From assembly GCF_009914755.1 (NCBI RefSeq), contig NC_060929.1: DNA of 64,000 nt; one strand, 5' to 3'. Each line of letters starts with the position of its first letter. Within the stretch, counting starts at the first letter, position 1. Positions 1 through 10,850 of the stretch are shown in pieces. This DNA comes from the human T2T-CHM13v2.0 reference genome, Homo sapiens. Made by a program: the position numbers and the translations under genes. The notes under the pieces were generated by a model. That model did not search any database. It was not told the DNA's origin and saw only the letters and a list, made by a program, of their open reading frames with translations.

Positions 1-124
1 TAAATGACAAGTTAATGGGTGCAGCACACCAACGTGGCACATGTATACATATGTAACAAACCTGCATGTTGTACACATGTACCCTAGAACTTAAAGTGTA
101 ATAAAATATATATATATAAAAAGA
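1..124 (+). mobile_element. L1PA 3' end with decayed A-rich tail (element continues left of the window)
   Basis: GGGTGCAGCACACCAAC..GGCACATGTATACATATGTAACAAACCTGCA..ATGTACCCTAGAACTTAAAGT.TAATAAAA is the L1PA 3' terminus; followed by an (AT)n/A tail. Confidence 0.93.
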
Positions 125-473
125 AATTATTGCATGGAAGATTGGCACTGAGGAAACCTGAGATGTGAGCTTTTGAGCTGATTAGATGCTTAAATTTGAG
201 CACCACTCCTATGACATTCTGTCCCCTCTCTATTTGTGTCAGTTTCTAATATAGGCATACAAGTTTCTAGCTGGAACTTTGGTATTTACACAAGTAACTG
301 CCTCTAACAGTGCATCATGGACAGAGATACACTGGTCTCCTGCTTGAACCATGTAATTCCTCTGGGTTCTCATTAAAGTTGCATAGGCATAATTACCTAC
401 AGTTTTTTCATGCTTGATTCTTTCCAACATGGCATCTATGACAATGAAACAACCAGTCCAGCCAACTCCTTCA
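124..473 (-). pseudogene. PTPRD: Processed pseudogene fragment of receptor tyrosine phosphatase delta (end of D1, linker, start of D2)
   Basis: Minus translation [74 protein letters not shown]; after a 1-nt deletion near 247 it continues [65 protein letters not shown] and LTQIE fit PTPRD better than PTPRF/PTPRS. Reads through the FK|RL position (188/189) with no intron. Confidence 0.92.
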
Positions 474-604
474 GATTCGGTAGGCTGTGCAAGCATGGCA
501 GCTGCATCTGCTTGTCTTCTGGTGTGGCCTCAGGAAGCTTTTATGCAAGGTGGAAGGTAAAGGGGGAGTGAGTGTGTCACATAGTGAGAAAGGAAGCAGA
601 AGAG
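474..604 (-). mobile_element. MST-family (ERVL-MaLR) LTR segment forming the 5' end of the PTPRD retrocopy
   Basis: Minus strand CTCTTCTGCTTCCTTTCTCACTATGTGACA...AGCTTCCTGAGGCC.CACCAGAAG..AAGCAGATGCAGCTGCCATGCTTGCACAGCCTACCGAATC resembles MST LTR from the CT-rich region to ...CAGCCTGCAGAACC. Confidence 0.8.
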
Positions 605-3594
605 CCTTTGCCAATTTTTAAATCAAGTTGCTGTTGGGATTGTTTGGTTGTTGAGTTTTAGTTCTCTGTATATTGATGATAGTAAGCCTTTATAAGTTAC
701 GTGATTTGAAAATATTTTCTCTTATCCTATGGTTTGCATTTATCACACTTGGCTGGCAATGTCTTGATTCACAAATTTATTATTAGTTTTTTTTTTAGAG
801 ATGGAAATCTCCCTATTTTGCCCAGGCTGGACTTGAACTACACTCAAGCGATCCTCCTGTCTTAGCCTTCTGGGTAATTGGGACTACAGATGCACACCAT
901 CGCATTCTAATTTTAAATCTTTATCGACTCCTGTGTGTCTATTTTTGTCTTTTTCTGTGCCTTTGGTGTCATATCCAAGAAAGCACTGCCAAATCAATGT
1001 CATGAAGCTTTTCCTTATGTTTCTTACAAGAGTGTTAGAGTTTTAGTTTACCTTTAGGTTTTTGGTATATTTAGAATTAATTTTTGTATAAAGGGTCCAA
1101 CTTAATTCTTTTACATGTGGATATCCAGTTTTCCCTGCACCATTTGTAGAAAAGATAGTCCTTTCCCCATTGAATGGTTTTGGTACCCTAGTCAAAAATC
1201 ATTTGACCATATATGTGAGGGTCTATTTCTGGGCACTCTATTCTATCCCACTGGTCATATGTCCTTCTTCATGCTAGTACTTCATGGTTTGATTATTGTA
1301 GCTTTGTAGCAAGTTTTCAAAATCAGGGAGTGTGTGTCTTTCAGGTTTGCCCTTTTTCAAGATTACTTTGACCATTCAGTGTCCCTTGAAATTCTATATA
1401 AATGTTAGGGTGGATTTTTTTATTTCTGAAAAGTACATCACTGGGATTTTGATAGATATTGCATTGAGTTTGTAGCTCACTTTGGGTAGTATTAACATCT
1501 TAATACTATTAATCCTTCCAATTCATGAATATAGAATGTCTTTCCAATTATTTATGTCCTCTTTAATTTCTTTAAGCAATATTTTGTAGTTTTTATTATA
1601 CAAGTTTTTAACCTTCTTGACTAATTCCTAAGTATTTTATTCTTTTTGATGCTATTGTAAATGCAATATTTTTTAGTTTCCTTTTCAGATTGTTCAGTTA
1701 GTCTATGAAAATGTAACTGATTTTTGTGTGCTACCTTTATAGCCTCCTGCTTTGTTGAATTTATTATTTCCACATTTTTTGTAGAATTGTTAAGGTTTTC
1801 AATATATATGATTGTGTCATCTGCAGAGATAATATTACCTCTTCCTTTTCCATTCATACGTGTTGCATTTCTTTCGCTTGACTCATTCATCTGGCTAGAA
1901 ATTCTAATATTATATTGAAGAGAAGTACCACAATTAGCAACCCTTGCCTTGTTCTTGAAATTAAAGCTTTTAATTTTTCATAATTGAGTATGATATTCAC
2001 TGCAGGTTTTCATATATGGCTTTTATTATGTTGAGTGGTTTCCCTCTATTCTTAGTTTGTTGAGTGTTTTATCATGAAAGTGTATTAAATTTTGTCAAAT
2101 GCTTCTCTTTGCATCAATTGGGATGATAATGTGTGCTTTTTTTAGTACTTTCTTTCTGTTAATGTGGTGCCTTGCATGGATTGGTTTTTGCATGTTGAAT
2201 CATCTTTCCCTTCCAGAAATAAACCCCATTTAGTCATAATGCATAATGCTTTTAATATGTCACTAAATTTAATTTGCTAGTGTTTTGTTTCAGATTGCTA
2301 TATCAATGTTTATTAGAAATTTTGGTCTGCAGTTTTTTTCTTATGATATTTTTGTCTGATTTTAGTATCAAGGTGATACTAGCCTCATAGAAGAATTAGA
2401 ACATTTTCTCTTCTATTCTATTTTTTGCATAATTTGAGAAAGATTTGTGTTAATCCTTTGAGTCTTCTTTAAATGTTGGTAGAATCCTCCAGTGAAGCCA
2501 TCAATCAGGTCCTGGGATTTTCTTTGTTGGGAGATGTCTGAGTACTGATTTAATCTCCTTACCAATAGTTATAAATCTACTTAGGTTTTCTATTTCTTCA
2601 AAATTTAGTCTTGGCAGGCTTAATGTTTTTTGCAATTTGTCCATTTCACCTAGATTAGCCAATTCGTTAGTGTACAATTTTGAATGTTTAATTTTAATTT
2701 CTCTGGAATCACTAGTAATGTTCTAATTCCTGAATTTAGTGATGAGTCTTCTGTCTTTTTTTTATAGCTGTTCTATTCGAAGTTTTGTCAATTATTTTGA
2801 TCATTTCAAATAATCAACTTTTGGTTTCCCTAAATTTCTCTATTGTTTTTCTATTCAGGGCTTCATTTTTCTCTGCTATAGTCTATTATTTCCTTTCTTC
2901 TGCTAGAGTTGGCTTTAAGTTGTTCTTTTTTTCTGGTTCCTTAAGTTGCTAAGTTAGGTAGTTGATTTCTTATCTTTGTTGATTTGAAACATGTTTATAG
3001 CTATATATTTTTCCAATTAGCACTACTTTCACTGTGTCCCATAAGCATTGGCATATTGTGTTTTTGTTTTAATTTATTTCTAATTATTTTCTAACTTTTG
3101 CTTGTTATTTTTTCTTTGATCCACTGGCTGATTTGGAGTTTGTTTTTTAAGTTCCACAAATGTGTTCATTTTCCCATTTTCTTTGTGTTATTGACTTCCA
3201 ACTTCATCTCATTGTGTACAGAGAAGATACTTTGTACAACATCTATATTTTATATCTATTAAGACTTAATTTGTGGCCTAACATGGTCGGCCTGGAAAAT
3301 GTCTCATCGGCACTTGAGAAGTATATGCATGTAGTTGTTGCTGAGTTAAGTGTTCTGTGCATGTCTGTTAGATCTAGTTGGTTTATTGTGTTAAGTCCTC
3401 TGTTTCTTTACATATATTCTGTCTTGTTTTTCTATGGATAATAGAGAATGAGATATTGAAGGCTCAAACTATTACTGAGTAACTTTTTATTTCTTACTTC
3501 AACTTTGTCAGGTTTTGCTTTATATATATTTATAGTCTGTTATTAGGTATGAAAATATTTATAATTTCCATATCTTTTTGCTATATTGAAACTT
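605..3594 (-). mobile_element. Old L1M (L1MA/L1MB-type) ORF2 relic
   Basis: Continuous antisense ORF2 homology from the endonuclease region (~3590) through the RT region (SADD remnant in ORF 1621..1890) to the C-terminal region; many stops and frameshifts. Confidence 0.88.
787..910 (-). mobile_element. FLAM/Alu monomer inserted in L1M
   Basis: poly-T then GAGATGG..CCCAGGCTGG..CTCAAGCGATCCTCCTGTCTTAGCC..GGGACTACAG. Confidence 0.85.
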
Positions 3595-4117
3595 AAAAAA
3601 ATTAATTATATTTTAATTTCTGGGTTACACGTGCAGAACATGCAGTTTTGTTACATAGTATACATGTGCCATGGTGGTTTGATGCACCCATCAACCAGTC
3701 ATCTACATTAGGTATTTCTCTTAGTGCTATCCCTCCCCTAGCTCCCCATCCCCCGACAGGCCACAGTGTGTGATGTTCCCCTCTCTGTGTCCATGTGTTC
3801 TCACTGCTCAATTCCCACTTATGGGTGAGAACATGTGGTGTTTGGTTTTCTGTTCTTGTGTTAGTTTGCTGAGAATGATGGTTCATCCATGTCCCTGCAA
3901 AGGACATGAACTCATCCTTTTTAATGACTGCATAGTATTCCATGGTGTATGTGTGCCACATTTTCTTTAACTAGTCTAACATTGATGGGCATTTGGGTTG
4001 GTTCCAAGTCTTTGCTATTGTGAAGAGTGCTGCAATAAACATACGTGTACATGTGTCTTTATAGTAGAATTATTTATAATCCTTTGGGTATATATCCAGT
4101 AATGGGATTGCTGGGTC
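3595..4117 (-). mobile_element. 5'-truncated L1PA (about L1PA7-8) 3' end
   Basis: Antisense L1PA 3'UTR and ORF2 C-terminus (MWHTYTMEYYAVIKKDEFMSFAGTWM). Confidence 0.92.
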
Positions 4118-4229
4118 ATAAAAATAATGACCAAAAGAGAGCAGAGGTGGCTATGCAAAATCAGACAAAATAGACTATAAATCAGAAAAGTTGGCAAGAA
4201 CAAAGATATTATATATTAATAAAAGTTTC
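4118..4229 (+). mobile_element. Inverted L1M endonuclease-domain segment
   Basis: CCAAAAGAGAGCAGAGGTGGCTAT..ATCAGACAAAATAGAC..TATTATATATTAATAAAAGTTTC is L1M EN sequence directly upstream of the segment that begins at 3594 on the other strand. Confidence 0.78.
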
Positions 4230-4375
4230 TGGTCAGAAACACTAAGATCTTGGAGAGAAAGAAAATGCACTTAGGTACATTTTTACCACAGTTTTTCTGC
4301 ACAGGAAACTTACAAATAAAAACAAAAATAAAGAGATGCTGAAGGAAAAGTAGCAGCTTGAACATATGTTCAAGC

Positions 4376-4455
4376 CACTGGGCTCGGAGCAAAGAAAACA
4401 AAAATAAAACAAGCAAAGTCACTGGGCTCGGAGAAAAGAAAACAAAAATAAAAAC
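4376..4455. repeat. 44-bp-period tandem duplication
   Basis: CACTGGGCTCGGAG(C/A)AAAGAAAACAAAAATAAAA at 4376 and 4420. Confidence 0.9.
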
Positions 4456-4559
4456 CAACAAGGAAGCTACCAAGGAAGATAGCATTTAATGGGGACAAGA
4501 TCCTGAAGAAAAAAGTTGTATGTGCATGAAGTGATATGTAAGAAACTAAACAAAAATCA

Positions 4560-5187
4560 TATACTAAAACAGCTAAATAGAAAAAAGTTTATAGAATATG
4601 AAGAAAAAGTATTTTATACAGCTGTACAATGTATTTGTCTTACTTTAAGTGTTCTTCCAAAAGAGTCAAAGAGTTAAAAATAAGTTTATAAAGTAAAAAA
4701 AGTAATAAGGAGCTAAGGTTAATATATTATTGAAAAAAAGAGTTTTTTAAATGAATCTGGTGTAGCCTAAGTGTGCAGTGCTTCTAAAGTCCACAGGAGT
4801 GTACATAATGTCCCAGGTCTTCACATTCACTCACTACTCATTCATTGACTCACCCAGAGCAGCTCCTAGTCCTGCAAGCTCTATTCATAATAAGTGAATT
4901 ATAGATGTACCACTTTTAACCTATTTTAATATTTTTACTTTTCTATGTATAGATACACAAATATTTATTATTGTGTCACAATTTCCTATAGTATTTAGTA
5001 CAGTAACATAATATACATGTTCATAACCCAAGGAGCAATAGATGACAATATCATATACCCTAGGTGTCTAGTAGGCTGTATCATCTAGATTTGTCTAAGT
5101 ACACTCTATAATGTTCAGATAACACTGAAATGGCCTAATGAAGCATTCCTCAGAATGTATCCCTGTACTTAAGTGACACAGGACTGT
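4560..5187. mobile_element. Tigger3b (MER7B/Golem) DNA transposon, one end
   Basis: CACATTCACTCACTACTCA..GACTCACCCAGAGCA core; terminal CCTAATGAAGCATTCCTCAGAATGTATCCCTG..TTAAGTGACACAGGACTG followed by TA. Confidence 0.85.
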
Positions 5188-7909
5188 ATATGATCAAATG
5201 TGTTATATTTTTAATGTATTGAATACCACAGAATCTTTAGCACATTCTACCAGATTAACTCATTTCTGTGCATATGTGAATAAAACTTTTCTTTCCATCT
5301 GTGTGTACATGAGGGGTATACTGAATTGGCATGAGGAGTAGTTAAATTACTACAAACCTTTGCAAATAATTACTGAATGAATTGGATTTAAAAAATATTA
5401 TGCAACTAAAATATATGATAGATACTGAATTATAGTAAATACAATAGAGACTGAATTGGGACTTTATAATACAAAACCAAAAAATAGTGATTGTGTCATT
5501 GTTATTAATTTTATAAAGTTTCATAAGTTTATATTTATAAAACAAATTCATACTAATATAGTATCACTTTTGTTAATTTTATATATACTGTGGTTTCATG
5601 TGTTTATTAGCAAAAATCAAGTTGCTTCTATAAAAGTTATAAAACTACTGAAGAAAAACTATAAGAACATTTATGGAAGAGTTTGTACCTGCAGTGCCTA
5701 AAGAGTGCTCGATGATGCCTATTTGATGATTAAATGGATAGGCTAACTTACGTGGCTAATAAGCATGTATATATAAGCCTATATTTGATGGTCTTAAATT
5801 TCTTGAGGAATAATACTTTTCATATTCCATATATGAAAATAATCGACTTTTAAAAATCCTACACATCTTCTTAGTTATAAAGCCAAATGACCAAATGGTT
5901 TCCATAAATGTGTATAAAATATAAGCTCTGTTTCAGCTACCATTGTGGCACAGGTGTGAACCTAACATCTGCTTCAAATTAGGGTGATCTTTTTAAGAGC
6001 TGAATTGGAATGCTGCAGAATTCCATTAGAGACTACGTGAAAATGTGGACAGGAATAGCTAAAAACACTACAACTACTGAATCAGCCAAATCCTCCGAAG
6101 TTGACATTGCTACATCCTGGAATGTAAAAATAAAAACAAGGATGCAACTGGAAAAATACATTTGAAGGTGCAAAGCATGCACTTGGTTGAACACTTATAC
6201 CAAGGATGGAGGAAGTAAAATGCAGCTGCACAGAACTGAAAATATTTTCTGGAAAGTAATGCTGACAGGTGATATGCTTTTAAAGAATGGCTTCTTACTA
6301 GCCATGCAAAAATATGCAAAAGTTGTTTTCACCCAGCATGTTCTGGGTCTACAAGACATTCTGCAAATGTACTGAGGTCTGTTACCAAAAAAGGAAGACG
6401 AACAAAAATAAATATTTTAATATTTCTAATATTTCTCCTGGTAGAAGCCCTGAAGTGATATAAAGTGCCTGCATTATAATGAAAATGAACTTGAGCAAAC
6501 CTTGCATTTGGATGTGGATTTTTCCTATGGATCAGGATTTTTGAGTACCTGGAAGAGAAAAGGAGCATTATTTGTTATAATACTTTAACAACTATTTCAG
6601 TACTGCTTGTTAGACAATTTTTAGGAAGACTACACATAACTTTTTAGGAGATATGTGGAAAAAACAGATGTTGACCAGTATTACTGTGGTACATAGGTGG
6701 AATGCAATTGCTCTTTGATACAAAGCTCTACAAAAAAAAAAAAAAAAGGTTTTTTTAAATTATAGATTTTCCTAGTTAACCTGTAACTGTGTTTTTTTTC
6801 TTAGAGAGATAAAGTGATGGAAAAGAAGGATGAATAGTCTGCCCAGGACTCATAATGTTGGTATTTCTTTTTTATAGTTAATTCACAAAGGTGGTTATCA
6901 CTGGTAACTCTTTGTGGAAAATTCTCCATTCTTTTTTCTTTAGAAGTAAAAAGGGACTGTTTCATATTTTATCCAAATTACAACCAAATTGGTGAGGAAA
7001 ATGTGAGTCAAAGTATTTTCTAAGTCATAAATATTTTTGAATGTTTTTGCTACTAAAGTTTCACTATAACAAATCTCAAAGAAATAAAATATACTAATAG
7101 GACATTTATGCTCTTCAAGGAAGTTCTGATGGGAGCATTTAAGTCTGGCCCCAACCTGGGGACTACCTGCTTACTTATTGTCCCCGAGGTTATAGTCATA
7201 CCCTGAGGTCAGTGGCTTCAATCTTTCTGTAGTTGCTGGTCAGCTGTGGGACAGAACTGAATCCACCTCACATTCTATGTTGGGTACAGCTGAAATTTAG
7301 TGAGTTCAGCTGGGCACAAAGCTGAGTAATTTTCAAATAGAATAAAGCAAAGCTGTAATCTATATCTTTTTCTTAAACACCCTCTGTACCTACCCATTAG
7401 TAATAAATTTGGCTGGGTGGTTAGAGTTTGGGATGTAGAAGTGACTCTAATATTTAAGAGATGAGTCTGCTAGTTTACTCTTTTTTAAAATAATTTTTGA
7501 ATTTTGAAACTTAATTTCTAAATAACACTCTCTAAAGAATCTAGATTAAAAATTGTTATTTCATCAGGAGCATTAACTAAATAAACACTGTTAATAATAG
7601 CATTGAAAATTATTACACACCTATTGGCTCAAGCTTATGGCTTTTGGTAGAAGAAATAGCAGACCATAATTCAGATTTCATTCATTCATTCCCATCAAGA
7701 GGAAAGGGTTTGCCGATCTAAATTTGAGCAGGTTGGTGAAGTATGCATATGTCTTTACAAACTTATTTCATAGTTTCATTTAACAAATCTTCAGGTTCAA
7801 TTTCACCCTCAATACATGCCTTATAGAGATAGATATCACAATTATTAGATGAATTTATGATTTTAGGGTTTGCATCATACCCATATATTCACAAGTTTAT
7901 AAATTCTGT

Positions 7910-8062
7910 TTTTAAAACCATCAGATCTTGTGAGACTTACTATCATGAGAACAGCACAAGAAAGACCTGCCGCCATGATTCAGTTACCTCCCACCGGGTC
8001 CCTCCCACAACATGTGGGAATTCAAGATGAGATTTCGGTGGGGACACAGCCAAACTATATCA
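7910..8062 (-). mobile_element. THE1 LTR 5' half
   Basis: AATTCAAGATGAGATTTCGGTGGGGACACAGCCAAACTATATCA is the reverse complement of the THE1 LTR start. Confidence 0.9.
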
Positions 8063-8517
8063 AGAGTTTAACTGACAACTGCAATCATCCCAGACACCTG
8101 ACCCCACTTGCCTGTACCTTTCCTCGGAGGTCCAATAAAAATGCCTGAAGCTCAGTGTTCCATTTAGGGTTCCACTTTCTCACCAGGATGTCTGTACAAG
8201 AGATGCATAGTCTTACGGGAGAGTAAAGTATATATCTTTAAACAATTTGTTTACTATGATATTCTACTAAGTGCATTTATTATCTTGCTTTCTCTCCTAC
8301 CAGCAAAGGAAAAAAAATCATCTTAAGTAAATTTTTATAGATGATACTATCCCAAATTCTTCAACAAATGTTTTCCTGTATAATTTTTAAAAGGTTTGTT
8401 AAATGATAATGCCTTACTGATAGATTGTTGTATAGAAACTTTACTGGAAGGGATTCAGGAATACTGAAGAATGGAAGAAATCACAGAGAAGTCCAGCTTC
8501 TGATTCACCTTTGTGGG

Positions 8518-9191
8518 TGATATGGTTAGGCTTTCATCTTGAACTGTAATCCCCATGTATCAAGGAAGGAACCTGATGGGAGGTGATTGGATCCTGGGGG
8601 TGGTTCCCCTATGCTGTTCTCTTGATAGTGAGTTCTCAGGAGAACTGATGGTTTTAAAAGTGGCTCTTCCTTCTTCACTCTGTCTCTCTCCTGCCACTAT
8701 TTAAGATGTGACTTGCTTCCCCTTAGCCTTCTGCCATGATTGGAAGTTTCCTGAAGCCTCCCAGCCATGCGGAACTGTGAGTCAATTAAACCTCTTGATG
8801 TGGTTTGGCTGTGTCCCCACCGAAATCTCATCTTGAATTCCCACGTGTTGTGGGAGGGACGCGGTGGGAGGGTCTTTCCTATGCTGTTCCTAAGCTCACA
8901 AAATCTGATGGCTTTATAAACAGGAGTTTGCCTGCACAAGCTCTTTTTTTCTTTCTGGCCGCTGTCCACGTAAGATGTGACTTGCTCCTCTTTGCCTTCT
9001 GCCATGATTGTGAAGCTTCCTAAGCCACGTGGAACTGTGAGTTCTCCATTAAACTTCTTTCCTTTGTAAAGTGCCTAGTCTGGGTTATGTCTTTATCAGC
9101 AGCGTGAAAACGGACAAATACACCTCTTTTCTTTATAAATTGCCCAGTCTCAGGTAGTATCTTTGTAGCAGTGTGAGAACAGACTAATACA
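8518..9191 (+). mobile_element. MSTA/THE1D-type solo LTR, interrupted by a THE1 LTR
   Basis: TGATATGG...GACTAATACA termini; 5-bp TSD GTGGG at 8513-8517 and 9192-9196. Confidence 0.9.
8796..9122 (+). mobile_element. THE1A/B solo LTR nested in the older LTR
   Basis: TGATGTGGTTTGGCTGTGTCCCCAC...ATCAGCAGCGTGAAAACGGACAAATACA; TSD CCTCT at 8791-8795 and 9123-9127. Confidence 0.92.
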
Positions 9192-9290
9192 GTGGGCATG
9201 TTCTGCTCCATACAATCTGACACTTGATTATAAAGTAATTGTTCGCTGTACGTTCTTTTATCTCAGAATAACCTGTTTTCTAATTAGTGC

Positions 9291-9335
9291 TTTATAGAGT
9301 GTTATAAAGTGTTATAAAGTGTTACAGAGTGTTAC
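9291..9335. repeat. 10-bp tandem repeat (TTATAAAGTG), about 4 copies
   Basis: tttatagagtgttataaagtgttataaagtgttacagagtgttac. Confidence 0.85.
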
Positions 9336-9554
9336 TTTAGCCTTTGCTTGCTGCAAAAGAAAAATTGGGCCAGAAATTGGCTATATATCTATCGGATCTC
9401 CCTCCCTCCCTTTCTATCTCCCTTTCTCTCTCTGACGAATCTAATCTGTGAACGATGGCATTTGAAAGCAAAGCAAAATGCAAAATACGCAAAAATAAAA
9501 GTTCTCTGGTGTTAGAAGACAGAAGAATCTTTTGAAAATTTAATTAAAAATTAA

Positions 9555-9682
9555 ATTACCAGGCCTCTTCCTTAGAAATTCTGATGTGGTAAGTCTGAGC
9601 TGGTATCCAGGAATTTCCACTAAATAAGCTTCCTTGTAATTCCATTGCAGGTGATTCTTCTACTCATGTTAAAAACACTGGC
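9555..9682. mobile_element. MER5-family hAT-Charlie fragment
   Basis: AGAAATTCTGAT..AGTCTG..CCAGGAAT..AAGCTTCC..GGTGATTC..AAACACTG pattern. Confidence 0.55.
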
Positions 9683-10395
9683 TTAGGGAATCTGTATTAG
9701 GGATTATTCTGGTTGGCAGAATTTACCTATTTTCTAGCTATTCTACTGATATTTCCAGAACTGGTGGTCTATGATAAAGCATTTGAAACTTAAGTATTCG
9801 ATTCTGGCTATTTGAAACTCACATTTTTCCCAGAAGGGCATTATTGTCCTATTATGAACCCAACAGCCATTCCTGCTTTCCTTTTTATTGACTTTTGCTT
9901 GACCTACTCAGAAATAACTATTATTTGGGTCCAGCGAGGCCCCAGGCTGTTACATATTTAGCACTTCTTTCTCCAACTCTAAGCCATCCAGCTTGGCTTA
10001 GCTATATAAAAAGCTCTTTCTCACAGCGGTGTTTCTGCCTGGTTGTTTATTTAGTGCATATCAGTTCACTGTTGCTTGCTGAATTGTTTCTTTTTGCTTG
10101 GCAGAGATGTTAAGTTCCCTGCTCCTATTGCTACATATTATCTGCAGCTTTCAGCCAAAATTATTAAGCAGATTTTGTTTAGTGAAGCTACATTTATTTA
10201 AAACAATTTTCTTTACCTGCAATCATTTGACTTTTTCATGATGTTCCTGCCTGATTTGCTTGAGATTTTTAATGATAATTCACCAAATAGTATACGGGAA
10301 GGTGGTTTATAAAATCATGTAGGTATTTGAATGGTTCAAAGGATTTTACTGTTCCTTCCACCCCAACATGTACCTCTTTTCATTGTAATTTGCTT

Positions 10396-10425
10396 GTGTG
10401 TGTGTGTGTGTGTGTGCGTGTGTGT
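10396..10425. repeat. (TG)n microsatellite
   Basis: direct read. Confidence 0.97.
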
Positions 10426-10850
10426 TTTCATCCCTTCTCAGTTCTTGAAAAAGAAGTTGTGCCACATAATTAGTGGCCATTTAAGTCAGAGGTAATTTTT
10501 GGTTTACAGTAGCCATATGTCCTGATGGCACAGTTATTTCAAATACATTATTCAATTTTCTTCATGAATGTATTCATAGTTAATATGAGCGAGTCCTGAA
10601 TTACGGGTGAGGGTTTATTTTCACCATTGCTCAATTTCAACAATTTGTGTTAATTCTACCTTCTAAACATCTCATGTATTCTCTCCTTTCCGTCCCAGTT
10701 GTCACTGCCTTAGTAAGCTGTCACTGTATTCTGCGGTGGACCATTAGGGGCCTGAACCTGAACTTCTATTTGCCCTCTGGATTACTCTGTTTAAATTCTT
10801 CCACTACACTTGAGTGATCCTGGACAATCTGCCTTCTCATGCCTCTGTGT

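Noticed and set aside
239-496. 85-aa ORF as a functional PTP exon
   Set aside because: The invariant P-loop Arg is Trp (GVGWTG), there is a frameshift near 247, no intron at the exon junction, and an L1PA truncates it.
4376-4455. Direct repeats as a CRISPR-like array
   Set aside because: Only two units, in eukaryotic context; a simple tandem duplication.
5990-6570. Possible terminal exon or 3'UTR on the minus strand (acceptor TTTCTCTTCCAG at ~6550)
   Set aside because: No recognisable peptide in any frame and no linked upstream coding exon; a splice-like motif alone is insufficient.
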